Source: an uncultured Chloroflexia bacterium
GTDB lineage: Bacteria > Chloroflexota > Limnocylindria > Limnocylindrales > CSP1-4
Length of the DNA stretch: 64,000 nucleotides
Assembly: GCA_963766735.1 (NCBI GenBank)
Contig: CAVYBU010000003.1
Location: 1-64,000, forward strand
Direction: 5' to 3'
Positions 29,764-42,990 of the stretch are shown here, piece by piece. Both the position numbers and the translations under genes were made by a program. Within the stretch, counting starts at the first letter, position 1, and every line of letters begins with the position of its first letter. The notes under the pieces are model-generated. The model worked only from the letters and a program-made list of their open reading frames with translations, was not told where the DNA came from and did not search any database.

Positions 29764-32256
29764 ATGGCCAAGCGCCCGTCGAACCCGGAGGAAGAGCCCA
29801 CGCAGGCCGCGCCCGAGCTGCGCGAGCTGCCGCTCGTCGCGCTCCGGGAGACGGTCATCTTCCCCGAGATGATCGTCCCGCTCCAGGTCGGGCGCGAGAA
29901 GAGCGTCGCGGCGCTCAACGCCGCGACCGAATCCGGTGGCCCCATCGCCCTCGTGACTCAACGCCAGGCAGAGCAGGAGGAGATCGGGGACCCGTCGGAG
30001 CTCTTCCCGATCGGCACGCTGGCCAAGATCGCCCAGGTCGTGCAGCTCCAGGACGGCACCGTCCGGGCCATCGTGCAAGGTCAGGGCCGCATCCGGGTCC
30101 ATGGCTTCACGCAGACGTCCCCGTACCTCGTCGCGCTCGTGGAGGACCTGGCCGACGCGACCCCCACCGGCGTCGAGATCCAGGCCCTCATCCGGAGCGT
30201 GCAGGCACAGATCGAGCAGTACGTTGCCAGCGGCGCCCCAGTGCCGCCGGAGGCCGCAGTCGCCGCCCGGAACATCACGGAGCCAGGGCTCCTCGCGGAC
30301 ATGGTGGCCTACAGCCCCGACATGTCCACCGAGCAGCGCCAGGAGCTCCTCGAGACCATCGACGTCGAGCAGCGCCTCAAGCTCGTCTCGGTCTTCCTTG
30401 CCCGCCAGATCGAGATCCTCGAGCTCAAGGGGAAGATCCAGAGCGAGGTCAAGTCCGAGATGGACAAGACCCAGCGGGAGTACATCCTCCGGGAGCAGCT
30501 GAAGGCGATCCAGCGCGAGCTGGGCGAGGACGACCCGCAGCAGGCCGAGATCAACGAGCTGCGCGAGAAGGTCGAGTCCTCTGGCATGCCGGAGGAGGTC
30601 GCGACCAGGGCGATCAAGGAGATCGACCGGATGAGCCGCATCCCGTCCGCCTCGCCCGAGGTCGGCGTGATCCGGACCTACGTGGACTGGCTCGTCTCGC
30701 TGCCCTGGACCACCTCCACGGATGACCGCCTCGACATCAGGGAGGCGGCCCAGATCCTGGACGAGGACCACTACGGCCTGGAGAAGGTCAAGGAGCGCAT
30801 CCTCGAGTACCTCGCGGTGCGCACGCTCGCGGACACGATCCGCAGCCCGATCCTGCTGTTCGTGGGCCCTCCCGGCGTGGGCAAGACCAGCCTGGGCAAG
30901 AGCATCGCGCGAGCGATGGGGCGCAACTTCACCCGGATGAGCCTCGGCGGGATCCACGACGAGGCGGAGATCCGTGGTCACCGGCGAACCTATATCGGCG
31001 CGCTGCCCGGCCGGATCATCCAGAGCATCAAGACCGCCGGCACGAACAACCCGGTGTTCATGCTGGACGAGGTGGACAAGATCGGGATGGACTTCCGGGG
31101 TGACCCGTCGTCTGCCCTGCTCGAGGTCCTGGACCCCGAGCAGAACTTCAGCTTCCAGGACAACTACCTCGAGGTCCCCTTCGACCTGCGCAAGGTGCTG
31201 TTCGTCGCCACGGCCAACCTGCTCGACCCGATCCCGGCCGCCCTCCGCGACCGCATGGAGGTCATCCAGCTGCCCGGCTACACGCAGCAGGAGAAGGTGG
31301 GGATCGCCCGGCGGTTCCTGGTCCAGAAGCAGATGGACAGCCACGGGCTCAAGCCGAAGCACGTCGAGATCACCGACGAGGTCCTCGTCGCCCTGGTCCA
31401 GGCCTACACCAAGGAAGCCGGCGTCCGAAATCTCGAGCGCGAGCTCGCCAACATCATGCGCAAGGTCGCGCGATCGGTGGCCGAGGGCCGCAAGCGAAAG
31501 ACCGTCGTGACCGTCAAGAAGCTCGAGGAGTACCTCGGCCCGCCGCGGTTCGAGTACGGCGAGCTGGAGGCCGTGGACCAGACCGGGTCCGCCATCGGCC
31601 TGGTGGTGACGGAGGTCGGCGGCGACGTTGTTGCGGTCGAGGTCACCAAGATGGAGGGCAAGGAGGACTTCATCCTCACCGGCCAGCTGGGTGACGTCAT
31701 GCGCGAGTCCGCCCGGGCCGCCCTGAGCTGGATCCGTTCGAACGCCCCGGCGCTCGGCATCCCGCGCGAGACCTTCGAGAAGAACACCCTCCACATCCAC
31801 GTTCCGGCCGGAGGGATCCCCAAGGACGGCCCGTCCGCCGGCGTCACGATGGCCACGGCCATGGTCTCCGCCCTGACCGGGATCCCCGTCCGGAAGGACG
31901 TGGCCATGACGGGTGAGATCACGCTCCGCGGTCGCGTCCTCCCCATCGGCGGGCTCAAGAGCAAGATCCTTGCCGCGCACCTCGCCGGCGCGGGCATGGT
32001 CATCCTGCCCAGGAAGAACGAGAAGGACCTCCGGGACATCCCCGAGGAGATCCGCAGGCAGCTCAAGCTGGTCCTCGTCGACACGATGGACCAGGTCCTC
32101 GACGCCGCCCTGCGAAGGAGCCCGCAGCCGCTCGAGCCGGAGACCACCACGGTCGACGGCGGCGGCGGCGGATCTGAGACAGGCGGTGGATCCCGCGTCC
32201 GCGCCCCGTTCCCGCCCGCCGACCACCCCGGGGTCGTCGTGCAGGGAACCCGCTAG
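29764..32256 (+). CDS. lon: Lon protease
   Basis: [30 protein letters not shown] catalytic Ser, GGLKSK. Confidence 0.97.
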   Translation: MAKRPSNPEEEPTQAAPELRELPLVALRETVIFPEMIVPLQVGREKSVAALNAATESGGPIALVTQRQAEQEEIGDPSELFPIGTLAKIAQVVQLQDGTVRAIVQGQGRIRVHGFTQTSPYLVALVEDLADATPTGVEIQALIRSVQAQIEQYVASGAPVPPEAAVAARNITEPGLLADMVAYSPDMSTEQRQELLETIDVEQRLKLVSVFLARQIEILELKGKIQSEVKSEMDKTQREYILREQLKAIQRELGEDDPQQAEINELREKVESSGMPEEVATRAIKEIDRMSRIPSASPEVGVIRTYVDWLVSLPWTTSTDDRLDIREAAQILDEDHYGLEKVKERILEYLAVRTLADTIRSPILLFVGPPGVGKTSLGKSIARAMGRNFTRMSLGGIHDEAEIRGHRRTYIGALPGRIIQSIKTAGTNNPVFMLDEVDKIGMDFRGDPSSALLEVLDPEQNFSFQDNYLEVPFDLRKVLFVATANLLDPIPAALRDRMEVIQLPGYTQQEKVGIARRFLVQKQMDSHGLKPKHVEITDEVLVALVQAYTKEAGVRNLERELANIMRKVARSVAEGRKRKTVVTVKKLEEYLGPPRFEYGELEAVDQTGSAIGLVVTEVGGDVVAVEVTKMEGKEDFILTGQLGDVMRESARAALSWIRSNAPALGIPRETFEKNTLHIHVPAGGIPKDGPSAGVTMATAMVSALTGIPVRKDVAMTGEITLRGRVLPIGGLKSKILAAHLAGAGMVILPRKNEKDLRDIPEEIRRQLKLVLVDTMDQVLDAALRRSPQPLEPETTTVDGGGGGSETGGGSRVRAPFPPADHPGVVVQGTR

Positions 32257-32281
32257 CAACCGGCGACGGCGGTCCGGTCCG

Positions 32282-33418
32282 ATGGAATACCGCGACTACT
32301 ACGAGATCCTGGGCGTCCCTCGCTCGGCCACGCAGGCCGAGGTGAAGAAGGCGTTCCGGAAGCTCGCCCGCGAGCACCACCCGGACCGGAACCCCGGTGA
32401 CGCCAAGGCAGAGCGCCGGTTCAAGGACGTCAACGAGGCCAACACGGTCCTCTCGGATCCCGACAAGCGCAAGCAGTACGACACCCTCGGCGCCCGATGG
32501 GACCAGTTCCAGGGCGCCGGCGGGGGCCGTGGCGGCCCGGACCCGTTCGGGCCTGGCGGGCCGTTCGCCGCATGGGGGACGGGTGGTGGGACCGGTGGGG
32601 CGGGCAGCGCGCGCTATGAGTTCCGGACCACCGGCGCCGGAGACCCCGGCTTCTCCGATTTCTTCCGCATGTTCTTCACTGGAGCGGCGGCCGGCGCGGG
32701 AGCGGCGGGAAGCGGCACGAGCGGGACCCGGACCCGGGCGCGGGGGGCAACCGCCGGGCGCGGATCCGGGGCGGGAGCATCGTTCCAGGACATCCTGTCC
32801 GGGATGGGCCTCGGGGGGAACGGCGGAGCGGGTACGACGTCCTCCGGTCCCTCGCCGACGGCGCGCACGCCGAGTGGCCGCGGCCCGCACCAGGGTGCAT
32901 CAGGAACGAAGGCGGGCGTGCTCGAGGCCGCCACCGATCTCTCGCTGGAGGAGGCGTTCCATGGAACGAGCCGCCTGGTCGAGGTGGAGGGCAAGCGCTA
33001 CGAGGTCAAGGTCCCGCGCGGCGTGGACAGCGGGAGTCGGATTCGTCTCTCGGGCAAGGGTCCCGGCGGGCGGGATGTGGTCGTTGCCATCCGCGTCGTC
33101 CCGCACGGCGTGTACGTTCGCCGCGGAGCCGACCTGGAGCGAGAGCTCCCCGTCACCCTGGGAGAAGCCTTGCTGGGCGCCGAGATCCCGCTCGCCACGC
33201 TCAAGGGACGGATCCTCATGACGATCCCGCCCGGGACCCAGCCCGGGCGAATGATGCGCCTCAGGGGCCAGGGCATGCCCAAGGTGAAGGACGAGGGCGC
33301 CGGGGACCTGTACGTGAAGGTCCGCGTGGTGCTCCCGACCCCGCTCGAGGGAGATGCCGCGGATGCCGCTCGCACCTTCCTGGACCTCGCGAACCAGCCC
33401 GATCCCCGCACCACCTAG
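32282..33418 (+). CDS. Class B J-domain chaperone (CbpA/DnaJ2-like, no zinc finger)
   Basis: [13 protein letters not shown] region with FSDFF, C-terminal LRGQGMP. Confidence 0.93.
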   Translation: MEYRDYYEILGVPRSATQAEVKKAFRKLAREHHPDRNPGDAKAERRFKDVNEANTVLSDPDKRKQYDTLGARWDQFQGAGGGRGGPDPFGPGGPFAAWGTGGGTGGAGSARYEFRTTGAGDPGFSDFFRMFFTGAAAGAGAAGSGTSGTRTRARGATAGRGSGAGASFQDILSGMGLGGNGGAGTTSSGPSPTARTPSGRGPHQGASGTKAGVLEAATDLSLEEAFHGTSRLVEVEGKRYEVKVPRGVDSGSRIRLSGKGPGGRDVVVAIRVVPHGVYVRRGADLERELPVTLGEALLGAEIPLATLKGRILMTIPPGTQPGRMMRLRGQGMPKVKDEGAGDLYVKVRVVLPTPLEGDAADAARTFLDLANQPDPRTT

Positions 33419-33439
33419 CCACGACCACGGATACCGGAT

Positions 33440-36181
<2,742 letters not shown>

Positions 36182-36189
36182 CCCGCCCG

Positions 36190-36834
36190 ATGCGTTTCGA
36201 CGAGGTCCTCCGCCGGCTGGAGCCCCTGCCCGCGGTCCTGCCGGACGGCCCTGATGCCCTGATCCCCGTGTTCGCGGACACCGGCAGAGCCGGTCCTCGT
36301 CCGGCGTGGGAGGCTGCGGCGGGGTCCGCGCGTCCGGCGGCGGTGCTCGTCCTGCTCTTCCCGGATGACGAAGGAGAGGCGCGCCTGGTGCTCACCGAAC
36401 GCGCTGATCGCGGCGGCCACCATTCCGGCGAGGTCTCCTTCCCGGGCGGACGCACGGAGCCCGAGGACGCGGACATCGTGGCCACCGCCCTGCGAGAGGC
36501 GGCCGAGGAGATCGACCTGGACCCGGTCGCGGCGGGCGTGCGCGTGCTCGGGGCGCTCCCGGTCCAGTGGATCCCGGTCAGCAACTACTGCGTGACGCCG
36601 GTTGTGGCAGTGGCTGAGCGGCGGCCGGTGATGACCCCCCACGACGCCGAGGTCGCCGCGATCCTCGAGGCACCGGTCCGCGCGTTCCTGCCGGACGGGG
36701 AGCTCGTGAGCGTGGATCGAGAGATCCGCGGCTGGCGGATCCGCTACGCCGCCTACCCGGTCGATGGGCTGGCCGTGTGGGGGATGACCGCACGGGTGCT
36801 GGGCGGCCTTGGGGCATGGTTGGCGCGCGCCTGA
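36190..36834 (+). CDS. Nudix hydrolase, CoA pyrophosphatase type
   Basis: LTER..HSGEVSFPGG, ALREAAEEI, VWGMTA. Confidence 0.9.
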   Translation: MRFDEVLRRLEPLPAVLPDGPDALIPVFADTGRAGPRPAWEAAAGSARPAAVLVLLFPDDEGEARLVLTERADRGGHHSGEVSFPGGRTEPEDADIVATALREAAEEIDLDPVAAGVRVLGALPVQWIPVSNYCVTPVVAVAERRPVMTPHDAEVAAILEAPVRAFLPDGELVSVDREIRGWRIRYAAYPVDGLAVWGMTARVLGGLGAWLARA

Positions 36835-36874
36835 ACCGGCCGGCCGGCCGCGGCCTCCTGAGCAGACCTCCGCC

Positions 36875-37363
36875 TCAGAGCGGCTCGCCCTCGGTGGCGT
36901 CCGGATCCCCGGCGCGTCGATCCGCGTCCACGGGACGCGGTGACAGCCGCCCCTCGCCACGGGCGACAGGATGGGCACCCGGAGCGATGGACCGCGCCAC
37001 CCCCTCCACCACGCCCGATCCGAGGGCCTTGGGGGGCTCCGCGAACTCCACGACGATCGCCCGCATCGGTGCTCCATCCGTCCATGCCGCGTGCAGCACG
37101 TCAGGCGGCCAGACAGCGGCCTCGCCAGCCTGGACGCGGCATCGCTCGTCGCCTACGCCCACCCAACCGCCGCCCTCGATCACCACGAAGTACGTCCAGT
37201 TGGGGTTCGTGTGGGGCGAGACCCGGGCGTGCCGGTCGAAGGCGAGCTCGCTGATGACGCCGGTCGCCTCGCTGCGGATGACCTGGCCCTCGATGCCGGT
37301 CGTCCCCGGCGGCCCGTCAGGCCGCCGATGCCCCACCCCGAACCGCCTGACCTCGATCGGCAC
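36875..37363 (-). CDS. Cupin-domain protein
   Basis: PHTNP..FVVIEGGG, GE..WP.DV.H. Confidence 0.8.
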   Translation of the reverse strand: MPIEVRRFGVGHRRPDGPPGTTGIEGQVIRSEATGVISELAFDRHARVSPHTNPNWTYFVVIEGGGWVGVGDERCRVQAGEAAVWPPDVLHAAWTDGAPMRAIVVEFAEPPKALGSGVVEGVARSIAPGAHPVARGEGRLSPRPVDADRRAGDPDATEGEPL

Positions 37364-37374
37364 GGGTTGCTCCG

Positions 37375-37800
37375 TCAGCGGCGCCGGCGGCGACGCGAGG
37401 ACTTGGTGCGAATCGTGCTCTCCGGATGCGCGAAGCGGTCGCGCGAGAAGTAGCGCTGCTTCGCGAGCTGGCGCTCATATGCGCGGAAGTACGGCGGGAA
37501 CCGGATGAAACGGATCCAGACGAAGGCGCCGAGACCCGCCACGAGGGTCGCCAGCACGAGGATCATGTCGAACCGGAAGATCCAGTAGACGATCATCAGG
37601 CTGTACAGCACGACGCCCGTCCAGAGCAGCCACTCGTACATCTGCAGGTAGACGGCGTGACGATGGAGCTGGCGCGTCCGGACGTTGTAGAAGATCACGG
37701 TCGCGATCAGCAGCACCACGGATGCCACGAAGATCTGGTTGTACAGCGACGGGAAGTCGCTGAACGGCTCGAACAGGTATTCCCAGGGCCAGAGCGTCAC
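37375..37800 (-). CDS. Membrane hypothetical protein (3 TM, basic tail)
   Basis: Aromatic/hydrophobic segments, clean codon usage, ends SSRRRRRR. Confidence 0.75.
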   Translation of the reverse strand: MTLWPWEYLFEPFSDFPSLYNQIFVASVVLLIATVIFYNVRTRQLHRHAVYLQMYEWLLWTGVVLYSLMIVYWIFRFDMILVLATLVAGLGAFVWIRFIRFPPYFRAYERQLAKQRYFSRDRFAHPESTIRTKSSRRRRRR

Positions 37801-37980
37801 GCCAGTTCTTCTCCACACGGCCGGTGATGCCCGGCATCGCTGATGGGCGATCCGAGTATGCCACGGGGCCGCGGTATACTCGCCCGCAGGATCGCGCCTG
37901 CCCGGAGCGGTCGGGGATGCGTCCCCGGCCGGTGGATCCGCGGGGCGCCGGAGCTACCCACCGGAGGAGGACCCGCCCAG

Positions 37981-39528
37981 GTGCGTGCGCTGCTCTCGGT
38001 CGCCAGGCGCGAAGGGATCTCGGCCTTCGCGCGAGAGCTGCAGACCCTCGGCGTGGAGCTGTATGCCACCGACGGCACGCGCGAGCATCTCGCCGAGGAC
38101 GGCATCGAGGCGGCGTCGGTCAGCGACCTCACCGCGGTCGCCCCGCTCGTCGGCGGCCAGGTCCGAACCTTCCACCCCGCGATCTACGCCGGCATCCTGG
38201 CCCGTCGCGACGTCCCCGAGCAGCTCGAGGAGCTGGTCGAGCACGGCATCGGCCTCATCGACATCGTCGTCGTCAACGTCAAGCCGTTCGGGCCCGAGGT
38301 CGGCCGCCGCTACATCGGCATCGACGAGGCGATCGAGCTGATCGACGTCGCCGGTGCGGCACTCCTGGGCGCCGCCGCGCGCAACGCCGCCGGGGTCATC
38401 GCCATCTGCCGCCCGGAACACTACGCGACCGTGCTCGAGGAGCTGCGGACGCTCACTCAGGTTTCGGCTGATACGCGCTACCGACTGGCCGCGGACGCGT
38501 TCAGCACGGTCGCCGCGTACTACGCGGAGATCGCGGCCTACCTGAACCAGATCTCGAACAACGTGTACCCGCAACGCCTGGCGCTCGTGCTGGAGAAGGT
38601 TTCCGATCTGCCCTACGGCGAGAACCCGCACCAGCGTGCGGCGTTCTATCGCGAGACCACGCACAGGTCCAGCTCACTGGCCGACGCCTCGCTCCTGGCC
38701 GGGAACCAGCCCACGTTCAACAACCTGCTGGACCTGGATGCCGCATACGCGATCGCAGCCGACTACACGGCTCCGACCGTCGTGATCACCAAGCACACGG
38801 ATCCAGTCGGCATCGCCTCGTCCGAGGAGCTCGTGGAGGCATACCGGCGGGCGCTCGACACGGACCCCGTGGCGTCGTTCGGCGGCATCGTGGGCGTGAA
38901 CCGGGAGCTGGACGAGGCCACGGCGCGCGAGATCGCGTCCAACTCCTACGAGGCGGTGATCGCGCCCGGGTTCTCCGAGGCAGCGCTCGGAATCCTGCGC
39001 GCCAAGTCCGGGCTGGAGCTCCTCGCCGTTCCACCGACCCCCGGCGAGGGCATGCGCGACTACGGCATCGCCAGCCTGGACTTCAAGCGGGTCGGCGGCG
39101 GCCTGCTGGTCGAGGCGCTGGACACGCTGGACATCGACCGCGCCCAGCTGCAGGTCGTCACCCGCCGGCATCCGACGCTCGGCGAGCTGACGGACCTCCT
39201 GTTCGCCTGGCGCGCCGTGCGGCACGTCCGCTCCAACGCCATCGTCCTCGCGCGCAACGGCGCCAGCGTGGGGATCGGGGCGGCACAGGCCAGCCGGAGC
39301 GTCTCCGTGGACATCGCCCTCCGCCGGGCCGGCGGGCGCAGCAAGCTCGCCGTCATGGCCTCGGACGCCTACTTCCCGTTCCCGGACGGGATCCAGATCG
39401 CCGCCAACGCCGGCGTGACCGCGATCATCCAGCCCGGTGGCTCGATCCGGGACGAGATGGCGATCGAGGTCGCGGACCGGCATCATCTCGCGATGGTCTT
39501 CACCGGGAGACGCCACTTCCGTCACTGA
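37981..39528 (+). CDS. purH: PurH homolog (AICAR transformylase/IMP cyclohydrolase), divergent active sites
   Basis: RALLSV, YGENPHQ, KH, SFGG, SNAIV, IQPGGSIRD, TGRRHFRH; RBS GGAGGAGG. Confidence 0.9.
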   Translation: MRALLSVARREGISAFARELQTLGVELYATDGTREHLAEDGIEAASVSDLTAVAPLVGGQVRTFHPAIYAGILARRDVPEQLEELVEHGIGLIDIVVVNVKPFGPEVGRRYIGIDEAIELIDVAGAALLGAAARNAAGVIAICRPEHYATVLEELRTLTQVSADTRYRLAADAFSTVAAYYAEIAAYLNQISNNVYPQRLALVLEKVSDLPYGENPHQRAAFYRETTHRSSSLADASLLAGNQPTFNNLLDLDAAYAIAADYTAPTVVITKHTDPVGIASSEELVEAYRRALDTDPVASFGGIVGVNRELDEATAREIASNSYEAVIAPGFSEAALGILRAKSGLELLAVPPTPGEGMRDYGIASLDFKRVGGGLLVEALDTLDIDRAQLQVVTRRHPTLGELTDLLFAWRAVRHVRSNAIVLARNGASVGIGAAQASRSVSVDIALRRAGGRSKLAVMASDAYFPFPDGIQIAANAGVTAIIQPGGSIRDEMAIEVADRHHLAMVFTGRRHFRH

Positions 39529-39588
39529 ACCCATGTGGCCTCCCGCATGGGACGCGCCGCCGCCACCCTGACTGTCCTGGAGGAAGCG

Positions 39589-40566
39589 ATGGAACAGCTG
39601 CTCGCGCTGGAGATGGTCCGGGTCACCGAGGCTGCCGCGATCGCCTCGGCGCGGTTCATGGGTCGCGGCATGCGCGACGAAGCGGACCTGGCGGCCACCG
39701 AGGCCATGCGGCGCACCATGGACGAGGCCGACATCGCGGGCACCATCGTCATCGGCGAGGGCGAGCGCGACGAGGCCCCGATGCTGTACATCGGCGAGCG
39801 GGTTGGCCGCCGCGAAGGGGCCTCCGAGGCGGTGGACATAGCCGTTGACCCGCTGGAGGGCACGAACCTGGTCGCCACCGGCCAGGACGGTGCGCTCACG
39901 GTGCTGGCCGCGTCCGAGCGGGGAGGCCTGACCCACGCCCCGGACACCTATCTCGAGAAGCTTGCCGTGGGACCGGTGGCGGCGGGATGCGTGGACATCA
40001 GGTTGTCGCCCAGCGAGAACTGCCATCGAATCGCCGAGGCGCTGCGCCGCGAGGTCTCCGACATCACGGTCATCATCCTGGACCGTGAGCGGCATGCCGA
40101 CCTGATCGCCGAGGTGCGGGGAACCGGAGCCCGGATCAAGCTGATCACCGACGGCGATGTCTCGGCCGCGATCAGCTGCGCCGTCCAGGGCACGGGTGTC
40201 CATGCCGTGATGGGCACCGGCGGAGCACCCGAGGGCGTCATCACGGCCGCGGCGCTCCGGTGCCTGGGCGGGGAACTCCAGGCCCGGTTCCGCTTCCGCA
40301 GCAGCGAGGAGCGCGAACGCGCGCTGGGCATGCTGGGCCACGTGGACGAGGAGAAGGTCTTCATGACCGAGGACCTCGCATCGGGCGACAACCTGGTGTT
40401 CGCGGCGACGGGCGTCACGCCCGGCGACCTGCTCCAGGGGGTGCGCTTCTTCGGCGGTGGAGCGCGGACGCACAGCCTCGTGATGGCCTACCAGGCGAAG
40501 CAGGTCCGGTTCGTGGACACCGTCCACATGTTCGACCGGGACCGGCCGCCCGCCGTCCGGCTGTAG
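39589..40566 (+). CDS. glpX: Class II fructose-1,6-bisphosphatase
   Basis: RVTEAAA, IGEGERDEAPMLYIGE, DIAVDPLEGT, DGDV, GGAPEGV. Confidence 0.96.
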   Translation: MEQLLALEMVRVTEAAAIASARFMGRGMRDEADLAATEAMRRTMDEADIAGTIVIGEGERDEAPMLYIGERVGRREGASEAVDIAVDPLEGTNLVATGQDGALTVLAASERGGLTHAPDTYLEKLAVGPVAAGCVDIRLSPSENCHRIAEALRREVSDITVIILDRERHADLIAEVRGTGARIKLITDGDVSAAISCAVQGTGVHAVMGTGGAPEGVITAAALRCLGGELQARFRFRSSEERERALGMLGHVDEEKVFMTEDLASGDNLVFAATGVTPGDLLQGVRFFGGGARTHSLVMAYQAKQVRFVDTVHMFDRDRPPAVRL

Positions 40567-40568
40567 CG

Positions 40569-41270
40569 ATGGTCCCGCGCATCGTGGCGATGGGCGGCGG
40601 GGGTTTCAGCCAGGAGCCGGACAACCCGCTGCTGGACGATTACGTGCTCTCGCTCACGGGTCGGAGCCGGCCCCGGGTCTGCTTCCTGCCCACCGCGGCC
40701 GGCGACGATCTCGACTACGTCGCGGGCTTCTACGACGCCTTCGCGCGGCGAGCCGAGGCGACATGGATGCCACTGTTCGCGCGCCGGCACGCCGACCTTC
40801 GCGGATTGCTCCTGGACCAGGATGTCATCTATGTGGGCGGCGGCAACACCGCGAACATGCTGGCGATCTGGAAGGCTCACGGCGTGGACGGCGTTCTCCG
40901 CGACGCGTGGCAGGCAGGCATCGTCCTGGCCGGGCTGTCGGCCGGCGCCATCTGCTGGTTCAGCCACGGAGTCACGGACTCGTTTGGGACGGACCTCGCC
41001 CCGCTCGACGGCACGCTGGGGTTCCTCGACGGCAGCTTCTGCCCGCACTACGACGGCGAGGCGCTGAGGCGGCCCCGCTACCAGACGCTGCTGGCAACCG
41101 GGCTCCCCGGCGGCTGGGGCTGCGACGACGGCGCCGCACTGGTGTTCGAGGGCGAGGTGCTCCGGGAGGTCGTCGCATCGCGCTCGGGAGCCGCAGCCTA
41201 CCGGGTTGACCTCGTCGGCGGGCAGGTCCGCGAGGTCATCGTGCCGGCCCGGTTCCTCGGGGATTCCTGA
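40569..41270 (+). CDS. pepE: Peptidase E (S51 family)
   Basis: MGGGGF, LPTA, YVGGGNT, GLSAGA, CPHYD. Confidence 0.9.
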   Translation: MVPRIVAMGGGGFSQEPDNPLLDDYVLSLTGRSRPRVCFLPTAAGDDLDYVAGFYDAFARRAEATWMPLFARRHADLRGLLLDQDVIYVGGGNTANMLAIWKAHGVDGVLRDAWQAGIVLAGLSAGAICWFSHGVTDSFGTDLAPLDGTLGFLDGSFCPHYDGEALRRPRYQTLLATGLPGGWGCDDGAALVFEGEVLREVVASRSGAAAYRVDLVGGQVREVIVPARFLGDS

Positions 41271-41871
41271 CGGGGTCGAGCAACGGGCTCCAGCCCTCGC
41301 CGTCCCAGGTCGCGATCGGGCGGGCCGCGTCCTCCGCCTCAACGGACCGCTGCCGGGCGACCGCCGACGCCACCGTCTCACCCCAGCCCGGCGGCGCCAG
41401 CCCGGGCGCCAGGTCCGCGAGCGGAGCCAGGACGAACAGTCGCCGTTGCGCCTCCCGGTGCGGAACCCTGAGCGGTAGCGCGGCCTTGGCCGGATCCCGG
41501 CTCCGGCCGGCCCCGGGTCGCTCCACGTCCACCTGGTGCCGCCCGAACACCAGCAGGTCCAGGTCCACCTCGCGCGGCCCCCACCGCTCGCGCGCCTGCC
41601 TGCCGAACGCCCGCTCCAGCTCCTTGAGCGCAATCAGCAGGGCCGATGCTCCGGTCGCGGCGTCGGGACCGCCGGGCACCTCCAGCGCCACGCAGGCGTT
41701 CCGGAACTCGGGCTGGTCCACGACGCCCACCGGGTCCGTCGCATAGAGGCGGGACACGCCGCGCAGGCTGACCCCCGGCAGCGCCGCCAGGGCATGGACC
41801 GCCGCCGAGAGCGTTCCGGCCGCGTCACCCACGTTGGCCCCCAGCCCGATGTACGCCCGCACACGACCCAC
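41236..41871 (-). CDS. folK: 6-hydroxymethyl-7,8-dihydropterin pyrophosphokinase
   Basis: AYIGLGANVGD, QPEFRNA, RWGPREVDLDLL, PH, RRLFVLAPLADL. Confidence 0.93.
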   Translation of the reverse strand: MGRVRAYIGLGANVGDAAGTLSAAVHALAALPGVSLRGVSRLYATDPVGVVDQPEFRNACVALEVPGGPDAATGASALLIALKELERAFGRQARERWGPREVDLDLLVFGRHQVDVERPGAGRSRDPAKAALPLRVPHREAQRRLFVLAPLADLAPGLAPPGWGETVASAVARQRSVEAEDAARPIATWDGEGWSPLLDPVRNPRGTGPAR

Positions 41872-41904
41872 GGCCCATCGCCTCCCGATCGCTAGACTCC
41901 GGGG

Positions 41905-42990
41905 ATGCCCCCGGTCACGGTCCTCATCCTCGCCCCGGCACTCGCGCCCGACGCCGGTCCTCTCGAACACGCCCTCGACACGGCGCGCGGCGCGCTCGCG
42001 GACCACCACCAGCGAGGCTTCCTGGAGGCCGGAGCGGCGAGAGCCGTGATCCGCCGGGAGCCGCCCGACGATACCCCATTCGGGGCGCGCCTCCGCCGTC
42101 TCGCCGAGGAGCTCCGACCCGCGGGCCTGATCGTCCTCGGCGCCGGCTCCCTCCCCCTCGCGAGCCACGCGGACCGCCGTGCGTTCGTCGAGGCCGCCGC
42201 GGGGATGCGGCCGTCGGCCCTCGCCAATCACCGGTACTCGGCGGATGCGATCGCCCTCGCGCGGGCGGACCTGGTGCTCCCGGACCTCCCGGAGGAGCTC
42301 GCCTCCGACAACGCGTTCCCCCGCTGGCTGGCGGAGGTGGCCTCGGTCCCGGTCGCGGACCTGCGGGCTCGGCGCTGGCTGGCCATGGACGTTGACTCGC
42401 CGCTGGACCTCCTCCTCCTGGATGGAGCCTGGGGCGCCCCGACCGGCCTGCCGCTCCCCGGGGACGCCGATACGGAGCTGGTCCGCGTCCGCCTGGCGGC
42501 GCTCCGGGAGCTGGCGGCGGACCCCGGCGCCGAGCTCCTGGTCTCGGGCCGGATGGCGTCGGCCGACCTTCGCTGGCTGGAACGCGAGACCCGGTCCCGG
42601 ACCCGCGCGCTCATCGAGGAGCGGGGCCTCCGCACCGCCGCAGCCGGGGCCCTGGTCGGCCGCCCGAACCGCAGGCCGGCGCGCAGCATCCTGGGCACGG
42701 TCCTGGAGCGGGACGGTGCCGGCAGTCTCGGCCGGCACGTCGCGGGGCTCGCGGACGGTGCGCTCCTGGACAGCCGCGTCCTGATGGCCCACCACATGGG
42801 CGCCGACGAGAGCGGCTGGCCGTCCGCGGAAGACCGATTCGCGAGCGATCTCCTCCTCGCGGACCGCGTCCGTGACCCATGGCTGGCGGAGCTCACGGCG
42901 TCGGCGGCCGGGGCGAGCGTGCCGATCGTGCTGGGCGGGCACGGCCTGGTGGGACCAGGAGCCCGACTGGCGCTGGGCGACCGGCAGTGA
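41905..42990 (+). CDS. Conserved hypothetical protein, CofC/nucleotidyltransferase-like N-terminal half
   Basis: GAGSLPL, NHRYSAD, SDN, MDVDSPLDL, EERG, DRFASDL, LGGH. Confidence 0.7.
   Translation: MPPVTVLILAPALAPDAGPLEHALDTARGALADHHQRGFLEAGAARAVIRREPPDDTPFGARLRRLAEELRPAGLIVLGAGSLPLASHADRRAFVEAAAGMRPSALANHRYSADAIALARADLVLPDLPEELASDNAFPRWLAEVASVPVADLRARRWLAMDVDSPLDLLLLDGAWGAPTGLPLPGDADTELVRVRLAALRELAADPGAELLVSGRMASADLRWLERETRSRTRALIEERGLRTAAAGALVGRPNRRPARSILGTVLERDGAGSLGRHVAGLADGALLDSRVLMAHHMGADESGWPSAEDRFASDLLLADRVRDPWLAELTASAAGASVPIVLGGHGLVGPGARLALGDRQ

Noticed and set aside
29470-32259. Long antisense and alternate-frame ORFs (e.g. 929 aa opposite lon, 857 aa at 9427-12000)
   Set aside because: Shadow ORFs expected from high-GC codon bias; no recognisable motifs.
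37870-37980. ZMP/ZTP (pfl) riboswitch upstream of purH
   Set aside because: The conserved GACUGGCG and CGCCUGGG elements are not present.
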